Notes under the pieces: model-generated | Told to the model about the DNA's origin: nothing | Databases searched by the model: none | The model's input: the letters and a program-made list of their open reading frames with translations, nothing else | Program-made: the position numbers and the translations under genes | Part shown: in pieces, positions 23,341 through 29,870 of the stretch | Position numbering within the stretch: position 1 is the stretch's first letter | Layout: each line of letters starts with the position of its first letter | Virus record (IMG/VR): IMGVR_UViG_3300020215_000021 | Span: 1-44,263 of that record | DNA: 44,263 nt | Reading direction: 5' to 3' (one strand) | DNA from: a virus

Positions 23341-24025
23341 TGGCGGGCTCCGGAATGGCGATGGGGGCGGTGCGGTCGGAGAAGGCGCGCGTGATCGCGT
23401 CGGTGAAGTAGCTGAGGCTGCCAGGCGGCCCCTGGGCCTTCCGGTTGCGGCCGTCCATCAGCCGGCGCACGGTCGGGATGATGTCGAGCTCGGGATCGCA
23501 GCCGGCATTCAGCCAGGCTTGGACAAGGCCGTAGTTGCCGGCCCACCGGGGGTCGTCGTGGGAAACCCCGAGCTCGTTCAGCACGGCCCTGCCCACGTCC
23601 CGCAGGCTCGCGCGCCCAACAACAGCGTCTGGTTCTATGACGGTTACTAACGGTTCGGGCGAACCAGCTTCACCCTTTGGCGAACGACGTTCACCCTTAC
23701 GCGAACCAGCTTCACCCTTAGAGGCTGCCTCCTCCGTAGGGCGAACGTCCTTCGCCCTTTCCAAGTCGATGCGGTACTCGGTCGTGGCGCCCCGCCCGCC
23801 GCCGCCGGCCCGCACCACGACCAGCACGCCCATGCCCACAAGGTCCTTGAGGGCGAGCTGCACGGCCCGGTCGCTGAGCTCGGCATCGGCTGCCAGGGTC
23901 GCCACGGCCGGGAAGATGCGGGCGCCGTTCTCGTCCGCGTGCTCAGCCAGCAGCAGCAGGACGAGCTTCCGCGTGGAAGACCCGACCCGGGCTGAGCGGC
24001 AGATTTCGACGGCGCGGATGCTCAT
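23201..24025 (-). CDS. Replication initiator-like winged-helix protein
   Basis: The ATG at 24025 overlaps the upstream stop (ATGA). The N-terminus is wHTH-like (STRKLVLLLLAEHADENGARIFPAVATLAADAELSDRAVQLALKDLVGMGVL). The gene contains four iterons. The last 140 nt overlap the next gene. Confidence 0.6.
   Translation of the reverse strand: MSIRAVEICRSARVGSSTRKLVLLLLAEHADENGARIFPAVATLAADAELSDRAVQLALKDLVGMGVLVVVRAGGGGRGATTEYRIDLERAKDVRPTEEAASKGEAGSRKGERRSPKGEAGSPEPLVTVIEPDAVVGRASLRDVGRAVLNELGVSHDDPRWAGNYGLVQAWLNAGCDPELDIIPTVRRLMDGRNRKAQGPPGSLSYFTDAITRAFSDRTAPIAIPEPANVQYPARPRGSGNRAGTRDEHNAAVLASVTGRMGNLGGAAGRRQPG
23659..23759. repeat. Four 19-bp iterons inside the initiator gene (candidate origin of replication)
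   Basis: GCGAACCAGCTTCACCCTT at 23659 and 23701, GCGAACGACGTTCACCCTT at 23680, GCGAACGTCCTTCGCCCTT at 23741. Spacing is 21, 21 and 40 bp. Confidence 0.6.
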
Positions 24026-24372
24026 GCGCCGCCACCGTTGATGTCGCCGAACTCGCCACTCTCGATAAGCCTCTTGGCGGCGGCGCAGAACTCCATCACG
24101 GACTGATGCGCTTCCTCCGGCGTCAGGTCGAACCACTCCCCGGCCAAGCGGCACGCCTTGTGCTGCTCGTGCAGGTACTGCTCAAGCCCCGCCGCCATGG
24201 GGCGATCGATCATCGGGAAGTGCCAATAGAGGGCCAGCGGACGTGGGTTGCCCGTCTGCAAAGTGGCGAGCCGGGATTTCGGGTCGTTCGCGATGCCGAT
24301 CTTCACCGGGCCGGTAAATGCCGGCACCAGAGCGTCGACGTGACAGATGATGTAGAGGCTGACAGCCGTCAT
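24022..24372 (-). CDS. T5orf172 / MUG113 (GIY-YIG superfamily-like) domain protein
   Basis: 116 aa. LYIICH...GPVKIGIANDPKSRLATLQTGNPRPL...LEQYLHEQHKACRLAGEWFDL matches my memory of the T5orf172 pattern. Confidence 0.6.
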   Translation of the reverse strand: MTAVSLYIICHVDALVPAFTGPVKIGIANDPKSRLATLQTGNPRPLALYWHFPMIDRPMAAGLEQYLHEQHKACRLAGEWFDLTPEEAHQSVMEFCAAAKRLIESGEFGDINGGGA

Positions 24373-24433
24373 GCTTCGCTCCGGCAGTACAGGAGGTGTT
24401 CCAGGGCGATGTCCTGGGGGGAGTGGGTGGGGG

Positions 24434-25369
24434 TCATGCTGCCAACCTCCCCTCAGCAGAGAGGATGGCGCGGCCGATCAGCTCCGGGATTTGCGGGACG
24501 ACCGCGTTGCCGAGGGCCCGCAGTCGGTCCACCCGAGCGGGAACCCCATGAGCCACTCGACCCACGTCGGGTTCAGAGGACCAGGCTTGTCCGAGACGAC
24601 CATGGACAAGTTCATCTGCTGCCCACGCTCCAATCGGCGCTGGATGGCCGGCATGCCGAGATGCCCGCGCGTGCGCGTGTCGCTGGCCTGCGGCGTCGGC
24701 CACAGTGACCGCCATACCGCCGTCGCCAGACCGTCGCCGCTGTTGGGGCTTGCGCCCTTCCTGTTGTAGTTGCCGCTCACCGTTGGGGTGGGCCAGAGCT
24801 TCACGGCGAGGGCTAACGGCATCCCGCCTTGCGCATACAGCTTGCTCCGATCCGTGGCACTGTCCGTAGTTGGGGTGGGCCACAATCCAGATGCGGTCCC
24901 GCTGGTGAGGGGCGCCAACGGCGGAAGCTGGAATGCAGTGCCACTCCGCGTCATACCCGAGCGCGGCCAGGTCTCCGAGAACCTTGCCCAGCCCTCGACC
25001 AAGCAGCGCTGCGACGTTCTCCACGACGACGTAGCGGGGTCGAAGCTCGCCAGTGAGACGGGCGATGTCCCGCCATAGGCCGCTGCGCTCCCCCTCAATT
25101 CCTTCGCCAGCACCAGCCTGGCTGATGTCCTGGCACGGGAACCCGCCGCAGATGACATCGACGGCAATTCCATCGGCAGCAAGCCGGGCAGCGTCGAGGG
25201 TCCGCACGTCGTCATAGCAGGGCACCTCCGGCCAATGCTTCGCCAGCACACGCCGGCAGAAGGCGTCGATTTCGCAGAAGGCGACGGTCTTGAACCCGCC
25301 GGTGCGCTCCAACCCCAGGCTGAAGCCGCCGATGCCGCTGAATAGGTCGAGGACGCGGAAGGGCTCCAT
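24434..25369 (-). CDS. DNA (cytosine-5) methyltransferase; the central part appears to be encoded in the +1 frame
   Basis: Frame A carries FSGIGG (motif I), GFPCQD (IV), ENV (VI), QRDRIWIVA (VIII) and LGNAVVPQ (X). Residues ~166-270 of frame A are low-information with low wobble GC (see finding). Confidence 0.8.
   Translation of the reverse strand: MEPFRVLDLFSGIGGFSLGLERTGGFKTVAFCEIDAFCRRVLAKHWPEVPCYDDVRTLDAARLAADGIAVDVICGGFPCQDISQAGAGEGIEGERSGLWRDIARLTGELRPRYVVVENVAALLGRGLGKVLGDLAALGYDAEWHCIPASAVGAPHQRDRIWIVAHPNYGQCHGSEQAVCARRDAVSPRREALAHPNGERQLQQEGRKPQQRRRSGDGGMAVTVADAAGQRHAHARASRHAGHPAPIGAWAADELVHGRLGQAWSSEPDVGRVAHGVPARVDRLRALGNAVVPQIPELIGRAILSAEGRLAA
24478..24885 (-). other. Alternative (+1) frame segment that carries the codon bias and a methyltransferase variable-region-like sequence
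   Basis: Part of ORF-track entry 24478..25251. It has three LWPTP[TQ] repeats, AIQRRLERGQQMNLSMV and LNPTWVEWLMGFPLGWTD. Wobble GC is about 82-93% by hand count. Confidence 0.5.
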
Positions 25370-25371
25370 CG

Positions 25372-25587
25372 CTACGCCCCCTCCCCTGCCTTCAGCTCGA
25401 CACCCAGGTACTTGCACCAGGCCAGCAGGTTGGGGACGGCAGGCCAGCACTCCCCGCTCTCCCACTTGCCGACAGCGGAGGGGCTGAAGCCGAGAGCCTT
25501 CGATAGTGCTGCTATCGACAGGCCCCTTTGCTCCCGGGCCCGGATGAGGGCGCGGACGATGGCGGTCCAGGTGGCGAAGGTGTTCAT
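25372..25587 (-). CDS. XRE-family helix-turn-helix regulator (71 aa)
   Basis: HTH: LSIAALSKALGFSPSAVGKWESGE. Its stop lies 2 nt before the methyltransferase start. Confidence 0.75.
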   Translation of the reverse strand: MNTFATWTAIVRALIRAREQRGLSIAALSKALGFSPSAVGKWESGECWPAVPNLLAWCKYLGVELKAGEGA

Positions 25588-25703
25588 GCCACCCTCCGAT
25601 AAAAGGCGGCCACCCCATCCCCGGCATGGAAGAACCGCACCGCCGCTTGGACGGAAGGGGAGCCGGGGATGTGGGCTTGGTACGGGGCCGCTAGGTTCGT
25701 CAT
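25584..25703 (-). CDS. Possible small ORF (39 aa), coupled at both ends
   Basis: Hand translation: MTNLAAPYQAHIPGSPSVQAAVRFFHAGDGVAAFYRRVA. It has ATGA overlaps with both neighbours. Confidence 0.4.
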   Translation of the reverse strand: MTNLAAPYQAHIPGSPSVQAAVRFFHAGDGVAAFYRRVA

Positions 25704-26272
25704 GCCGCCACCTCGGAGGCCGGCGGGTACAGGCCCAGGCCCTCGCACTGGGCGATCCAGCGCCGGGCCATCTTCGTGGCGCTACGCTCCATGTTCGGCC
25801 ACTCGGGATGCTCGCTGATGGCGGGGGCGATCATCTCCAGCCCCTTGGCGGCAGGGCTGCCCTCGTACACCTCCAGCCGGCCCGAGGCGGCGAGGTCGGC
25901 CAGCATCAGCCACCCGGCCCCGGCGACGTAGACGGAGCTGCGGCCGGGCTTGTCGTCGCGGGCATAGCAGTCGGCCAGGAGGTGGGACTTCACCTGTCCC
26001 TGGAGGACGTAGCCCTCGTTGCGCTTGAAGATGCGCCGGCGGCCCTCAAGGACCACCACGGGCACCGCCTCCCACGCCTGGTGGATCGAGGCGGCGAACA
26101 GCTCCGCCACCTCCTCGCACCAATCCCCGTGCCCCTCGGCGGTCAGCGGGCCGATGGCCTGGAGAACAGCCTCATGGATGATCCGGGCAGGCATGGTCAG
26201 GCCGATGATGGTGCGGGCCCAGCCGGAACGCTGGAGGGCGGTGCGGAGCTGGCGTTCGGCGCGGGTGAGCAT
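25700..26272 (-). CDS. Hypothetical protein (190 aa)
   Basis: The ATG at 26272 lies 1 nt after the upstream stop. The ORF-track extension to 26416 is Pro/Ala/Arg-rich. Confidence 0.6.
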   Translation of the reverse strand: MLTRAERQLRTALQRSGWARTIIGLTMPARIIHEAVLQAIGPLTAEGHGDWCEEVAELFAASIHQAWEAVPVVVLEGRRRIFKRNEGYVLQGQVKSHLLADCYARDDKPGRSSVYVAGAGWLMLADLAASGRLEVYEGSPAAKGLEMIAPAISEHPEWPNMERSATKMARRWIAQCEGLGLYPPASEVAA

Positions 26273-26273
26273 C

Positions 26274-26669
26274 TCAGCGGCCCTCCACCCAGCGCCGGGC
26301 GCCGCAGGTGGGACGCGAGCACTGGCGGGCCTTCGTCGGCGTGGTGTAGCCGCCGCAGGGGGCGCACTGGACGCGGGCGGCCGGGCTGTACTCGGGCTTG
26401 GCGGCCACGGGGGCAACCGGCGGCGTCGGCTTGGATGCCAGGGGATCGACGACGCGCACGATGCGACCGCGCCCGGACTTGATGATCTCGATTTCCTGGC
26501 AGTCCATCAGCCGGGCGAAGAGGTTGGAGATCGTGCTTCCCGAGCGCGGGATGCGCAGCGCCTGACCGATGACATCATTGGTCGGCAGCAGCTCGCCGCT
26601 GGCCTCATAGCCCCGCAGCAGATCCATGAAGTTCGCCACCTCATCGGGCTTCATTGGCCATCCGCCCAT
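26274..26669 (-). CDS. Hypothetical DNA-binding-like protein with a C-terminal Cys cluster (131 aa)
   Basis: The ATG at 26669 lies 2 nt after the upstream stop. C-terminal motif: CAPCGG...CSRPTCG. Confidence 0.55.
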   Translation of the reverse strand: MGGWPMKPDEVANFMDLLRGYEASGELLPTNDVIGQALRIPRSGSTISNLFARLMDCQEIEIIKSGRGRIVRVVDPLASKPTPPVAPVAAKPEYSPAARVQCAPCGGYTTPTKARQCSRPTCGARRWVEGR

Positions 26670-26671
26670 GG

Positions 26672-27079
26672 CTACTTGCCCTCCGTCTGGAGGGAGAGGC
26701 GGCACTTGAGGGCGGCGATGCAGAGCGCCAGAGCCGGCGTTGCGCCCTCCTGTGCCACCGTCCGGTTCGTGGGGTGCGACCGACCCAACCTCACGACTGG
26801 ATGGAGGCGATGCTCGTCAATTGCGACGGACCATGACCACCCCTTCGGCACCAGCGCCAGCGCACCGTCCAGCGACTGGGTGACGCGCAGCGCCGTGCCC
26901 TGCACCCCGTCGTCATGTAGGTACATGGGGATGTCAGGCATCGAGGCGGGCGCATCCTTCAGCCGGACCATGACCGGCGGCCCGTACAGCGCGAAGGCCA
27001 CCATCTCATCCAGGTCGTAGGACCCAGCCCTGGCTTCCTCCAGCCTCTCGATGACGTCCTTCAGGGTGGGGGTGGTCAT
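26672..27079 (-). CDS. Hypothetical protein (135 aa)
   Basis: ORF track. The start lies in the conserved junction GAGTAACGGCCATGA. Confidence 0.65.
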   Translation of the reverse strand: MTTPTLKDVIERLEEARAGSYDLDEMVAFALYGPPVMVRLKDAPASMPDIPMYLHDDGVQGTALRVTQSLDGALALVPKGWSWSVAIDEHRLHPVVRLGRSHPTNRTVAQEGATPALALCIAALKCRLSLQTEGK

Positions 27080-27084
27080 GGCCG

Positions 27085-27351
27085 TTACTCCCCCTTCACC
27101 GAGAAGATCAGCTTCTCAAGGGCGGCGATCTGCTTCAGAAGCTGGGCAATTTTCTTGGTGCGGCGGGCCTCGGCATTGGCGATGGCATCCGCCTCCGTCT
27201 CGAAGGCGTCGCGGCCCAGCTTGTAGGACGTGAAGTAGTAGGGCCGATTGTCCCAGACGTATTCGGGTTCGTCGGCTGAGACCCTGCACGGGAGGCGCTG
27301 GACACCGGCAGTGAGGGCGTACTTGGTGATGAAGTAGGTCTTCTCGGTCAT
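27085..27351 (-). CDS. Hypothetical protein (88 aa)
   Basis: ORF track. The start lies in the conserved junction GAGTAACGGCCATGA. Confidence 0.65.
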   Translation of the reverse strand: MTEKTYFITKYALTAGVQRLPCRVSADEPEYVWDNRPYYFTSYKLGRDAFETEADAIANAEARRTKKIAQLLKQIAALEKLIFSVKGE

Positions 27352-27356
27352 GGCCG

Positions 27357-27587
27357 TTACTCTGCGTCAGCGAGTTGGCGAAAGATCGCGTTCAGCTTTT
27401 GCGTCGCCTCGGGCGTCAGCTCACGTCGCTTCCCTTCGATGGTGACTGCGACAATGTTCACGTCGCCGTTGCTGTGACCGCCCGCGCATTGCCAGCAGGG
27501 CGACCAGCCGTCCGTGTATGCCCAGCAAGGCCATTGGCCTTTGCCATTGCAGCGATCAGCGCAGCGAGCCATAGCCGGAGAAATCAT
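27357..27587 (-). CDS. Cys/Trp-rich small protein (76 aa)
   Basis: The ATG at 27587 lies in the conserved junction. Product begins MISPAMARCADRCNGKGQWPCWAYTDGWSPCWQCAGG... Confidence 0.6.
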   Translation of the reverse strand: MISPAMARCADRCNGKGQWPCWAYTDGWSPCWQCAGGHSNGDVNIVAVTIEGKRRELTPEATQKLNAIFRQLADAE

Positions 27588-27592
27588 GGCCG

Positions 27593-28096
27593 TTACTCCC
27601 CGCCCATGGCGCGCTGAAGCTCGACCACGTCGGCCGTCTGGAACGGGGGCTCGACGTGGTCGCGGATGCGCTTGGCCTGGTCGATGATGTCCTGCGCCTC
27701 GCGGGCGATGGTGCGGCGCTCGCCGCGGTCCAGCTTGCCGTCCGCCATCGCCACGTCCACGGCGCGCGCCAGCTCCCCGCACTCCGTCGTCACCCGGCGC
27801 AGCCCGTGGTCGAGGTTCAGCGCCGACGCCTTCGCTCCGCCCAGCCGCTCAAGGGCGGCCTGCACCATCTCCTGCATCAGCGGCATGAAGCGGGCCGGCT
27901 TGCCCTTCGCCAGCAGCGCCGCGTCCAGGGCGGCGGCGTCGTCCATGTCCAGGCAGTAGTCGTTGGTGGGGAGGGCGAGCTTGTAGAAGTGCGCCGGCTT
28001 CTTGCCGGTAGCGGTGACGATCTCCTCCGGGGACAGGTCGTTGAGGACCGTCAGGAGGGCGTGCTCCAGGGAGCCGGCGGCGCGGTGGTGCGTCAT
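27593..28096 (-). CDS. Phage CII-type (CP76-like) regulatory protein, tentative
   Basis: 167 aa. TTECGELARAVDVAMADGKLDRGERRTIAREAQDIIDQAKRI resembles the CII/CP76 family as I recall it. It lies in an early-operon position downstream of the cro-like gene. Confidence 0.45.
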   Translation of the reverse strand: MTHHRAAGSLEHALLTVLNDLSPEEIVTATGKKPAHFYKLALPTNDYCLDMDDAAALDAALLAKGKPARFMPLMQEMVQAALERLGGAKASALNLDHGLRRVTTECGELARAVDVAMADGKLDRGERRTIAREAQDIIDQAKRIRDHVEPPFQTADVVELQRAMGGE

Positions 28097-28350
28097 GAGC
28101 GAAAATCCGCTGCGAGATTGGAAAGGAAATCGCCACTACCCCGTTCGATAGTGGCGGCATGAGAAACCAAGCCCCCGCCCACCCGACCGAAGCGCTCGCC
28201 GTGCAGCTCATCCAGTTGTGCGGACGGCTGGCGGAGAGACACCCGGGAGCCTTCGACGAAGCGATGAAGCTTGCCTGTGAGGTCGGCACCGTCACGGGGC
28301 GTATCCTCGACGCGGAAGCGCGCCAGCAGGGATTGCGGGAGCGGGCACAT
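28093..28350 (-). CDS. Hypothetical protein (85 aa); sense/antisense assignment is ambiguous
   Basis: The ATG lies 1 nt after the upstream stop, and the stop overlaps the next ATG (ATGA). Wobble GC falls to about 45% in the last 30 codons. The plus-strand ORF 28159..28362 is a competing model. Confidence 0.4.
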   Translation of the reverse strand: MCPLPQSLLARFRVEDTPRDGADLTGKLHRFVEGSRVSLRQPSAQLDELHGERFGRVGGGLVSHAATIERGSGDFLSNLAADFRS

Positions 28351-28351
28351 G

Positions 28352-28669
28352 TCAGGCGCTGACCCGCGTGTCGTCGGGGCCGGCGGACTTCAGGAAGCGG
28401 CCCTTGTCGTCACGAGGCTGGGCCTTGTGGAAGGGCACGAAGACGTAGCGCACCGTCTCCACCTCGACCGTGTTCACGGGGGCGTAGCGGCGCCAGTGCC
28501 AGAGGGTGACCGCCATCGCGACCAGGGTGCCGGCGCCGAAAGCGGCAGCCGTGCCCCACTCCCCCTTCTCCGCCATCCCCGCGCCGGCGATCAGGCTGAA
28601 GACGCCGGCCGTGTTCAGGATGCCGTCCAGAGCGTGATACCGGATGCGGCTGAAGGCGCTCGGCTCCAT
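28352..28669 (-). CDS. Small membrane protein (105 aa, two hydrophobic helices)
   Basis: The ATG at 28669 has an SD (GGAGAG). Wobble GC is about 93% downstream of it and about 59% in the upstream extension to 28837. Confidence 0.65.
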   Translation of the reverse strand: MEPSAFSRIRYHALDGILNTAGVFSLIAGAGMAEKGEWGTAAAFGAGTLVAMAVTLWHWRRYAPVNTVEVETVRYVFVPFHKAQPRDDKGRFLKSAGPDDTRVSA

Positions 28670-28774
28670 GGCACTCTCCGTTCGTTCGTGGATGGACTTA
28701 ACCCCTTGCGCTATCGGCGCTTCTCCGGAAGCACCCTCACGCCCGACAGGGGGATTGACGTACTGTCGATCCTG

Positions 28775-28792
28775 GGAGGGCCTATGCCCTCC
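28775..28792 (-). other. 7-bp GC hairpin in the 182-bp spacer downstream of the cro-like gene
   Basis: GGAGGGC-CTAT-GCCCTCC with no U tract. Its position recalls the nutR/tR1 region of lambda. Function is unknown. Confidence 0.3.
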
Positions 28793-28851
28793 ACCAGCCG
28801 AAGCCGGGATGCAGGGACCCTGTGCGCCGGTATCCATGGATGGGGCGCTCC

Positions 28852-29100
28852 TTACTCGGCGGCGTTCGGGAAGAAGTCGGCCGGGGTCAGGGGGACGCGT
28901 CGTTCACGAGCCCGCTCCAAGAGCAGCGGCTGATGCCGCGCCGGAATAAGGCCGCCGGTGCCGCCCCTGTCCTTCGGGTAGGTCCACCGGAAGACGTTGC
29001 AGACATCCACGCCGACCATCTCGGCGACGACCCTATGGCCGCCACACTTCTCGATCACGCGCTGAGCGATGGGGAGTACGGTCTGTTCCATGGCCGCCAT
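28852..29100 (-). CDS. Cro-like / YdaS-type small HTH protein
   Basis: 82 aa. HTH-like GGHRVVAEMVGVDVCNVFRW. It is divergent from the repressor gene. The predicted -10 overlaps the ATG at 29100, so the ATG at 29091 (a leaderless start) may be the real one. Confidence 0.7.
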   Translation of the reverse strand: MAAMEQTVLPIAQRVIEKCGGHRVVAEMVGVDVCNVFRWTYPKDRGGTGGLIPARHQPLLLERARERRVPLTPADFFPNAAE

Positions 29101-29127
29101 CTTGCGCTAATCGCAACTTCATCGCAA
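29099..29127 (-). promoter_or_regulatory. Early (cro-side) promoter
   Basis: The minus strand reads TTGCGA, a 17-nt spacer, then CAAGAT. It matches the plus-strand promoter at 31461..31489 at 23 of 29 positions. Operator O1 lies in the spacer. Confidence 0.5.
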
Positions 29128-29174
29128 GCAGAAAGTGCGACAATCGCAATGGGAAGGCGTTGCGCGTTGCGCAA
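29102..29174. promoter_or_regulatory. Three operators of the form TTGCG-N5-CGCAA (O1 29102..29116, O2 29135..29149, O3 29160..29174)
   Basis: TTGCGCTAATCGCAA, GTGCGACAATCGCAA and TTGCGCGTTGCGCAA lie between the divergent cro-like and CI-like genes. Confidence 0.6.
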
Positions 29175-29184
29175 TACTCCGCCC

Positions 29185-29613
29185 ATGGATCCGGAGCAGA
29201 TCAAAAAGCGTCTTCAGGAGCTGCGCGCCGCGGGCAAGACGCAGGCCGGCCTCGCCAAGGCGCTCAACATTGATACGTCCAACGTCTCGCGCATGCTCGC
29301 AGGTCGGCGGGAGATCAAGGCGCGCGAGCTGACGACGATCTACGCCTACCTCGACATGGCCCCTCCGGAGACATCGCAGCCGAACACCAGCGCCCCAGCG
29401 CTGGCGCCGGTTCCCCTACCCTCTGGCCCAGCCGACCCGTATGTTAACGCCGTCGCACTCCTCGACGACGCGCGCCGCCTTGCCGAGGCGGGCGACTTCT
29501 TTCAGGCTGCTGAAGCCAGTACAGCCGCCGCGGCGATGCTCCGTTATGTCGCGGCGATCCGCTCTACCAGCTCCAACCCGAGCACCGCGTCGGCCGATAG
29601 AGACGGAACGTAA
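29185..29613 (+). CDS. CI-like repressor (XRE HTH, no S24 peptidase-like domain seen)
   Basis: ATG at 29185. HTH: KTQAGLAKALNIDTSNVSRMLAGRREIKAREL. The C-terminal half is Ala/Pro-rich with no Ser/Lys protease motif recognised. Confidence 0.75.
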   Translation: MDPEQIKKRLQELRAAGKTQAGLAKALNIDTSNVSRMLAGRREIKARELTTIYAYLDMAPPETSQPNTSAPALAPVPLPSGPADPYVNAVALLDDARRLAEAGDFFQAAEASTAAAAMLRYVAAIRSTSSNPSTASADRDGT

Positions 29614-29870
29614 TAGACATCCACATCCGTGAAGCGGGTCGAGCCAATCTCGATATCCGCGACGGCTGTACGGCCCAGCCGGCCGGCGATCATGAAGGCG
29701 TCCCAGCGGTGCCGGACACGGTGCACCAGGCGCGGCCCGACGAATGTACGAGGGTGCCGAGTGGCCACATGTCCGGAGACCTCCTGACCGCCGATGCGCA
29801 GCACAACGCGCTGCGGCCTCACTCCGCCCAGCCAATCCAGGCCGGCCTCTGTGTCGTCATCGTCTCCCAT
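29544..29870 (-). CDS. Hypothetical protein (108 aa) convergent with the repressor gene and overlapping it
   Basis: The ATG at 29870 has an SD (GGAG). Wobble GC is about 76%, against about 63% in the ORF-track extension to 29999. The 70-nt 3' overlap with the repressor gene shares wobble positions with it, so part may be a shadow. Confidence 0.45.
   Translation of the reverse strand: MGDDDDTEAGLDWLGGVRPQRVVLRIGGQEVSGHVATRHPRTFVGPRLVHRVRHRWDAFMIAGRLGRTAVADIEIGSTRFTDVDVYYVPSLSADAVLGLELVERIAAT

Noticed and set aside
28670-28837. N-terminal extension of the membrane-protein gene to the ATG at 28837, which is preceded by AAGGAG at 10-nt spacing
   Set aside because: Wobble GC in the extension is only about 59%, against about 93% downstream of the ATG at 28669. 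The extension peptide is low-information. I kept it as a possible alternative start only.
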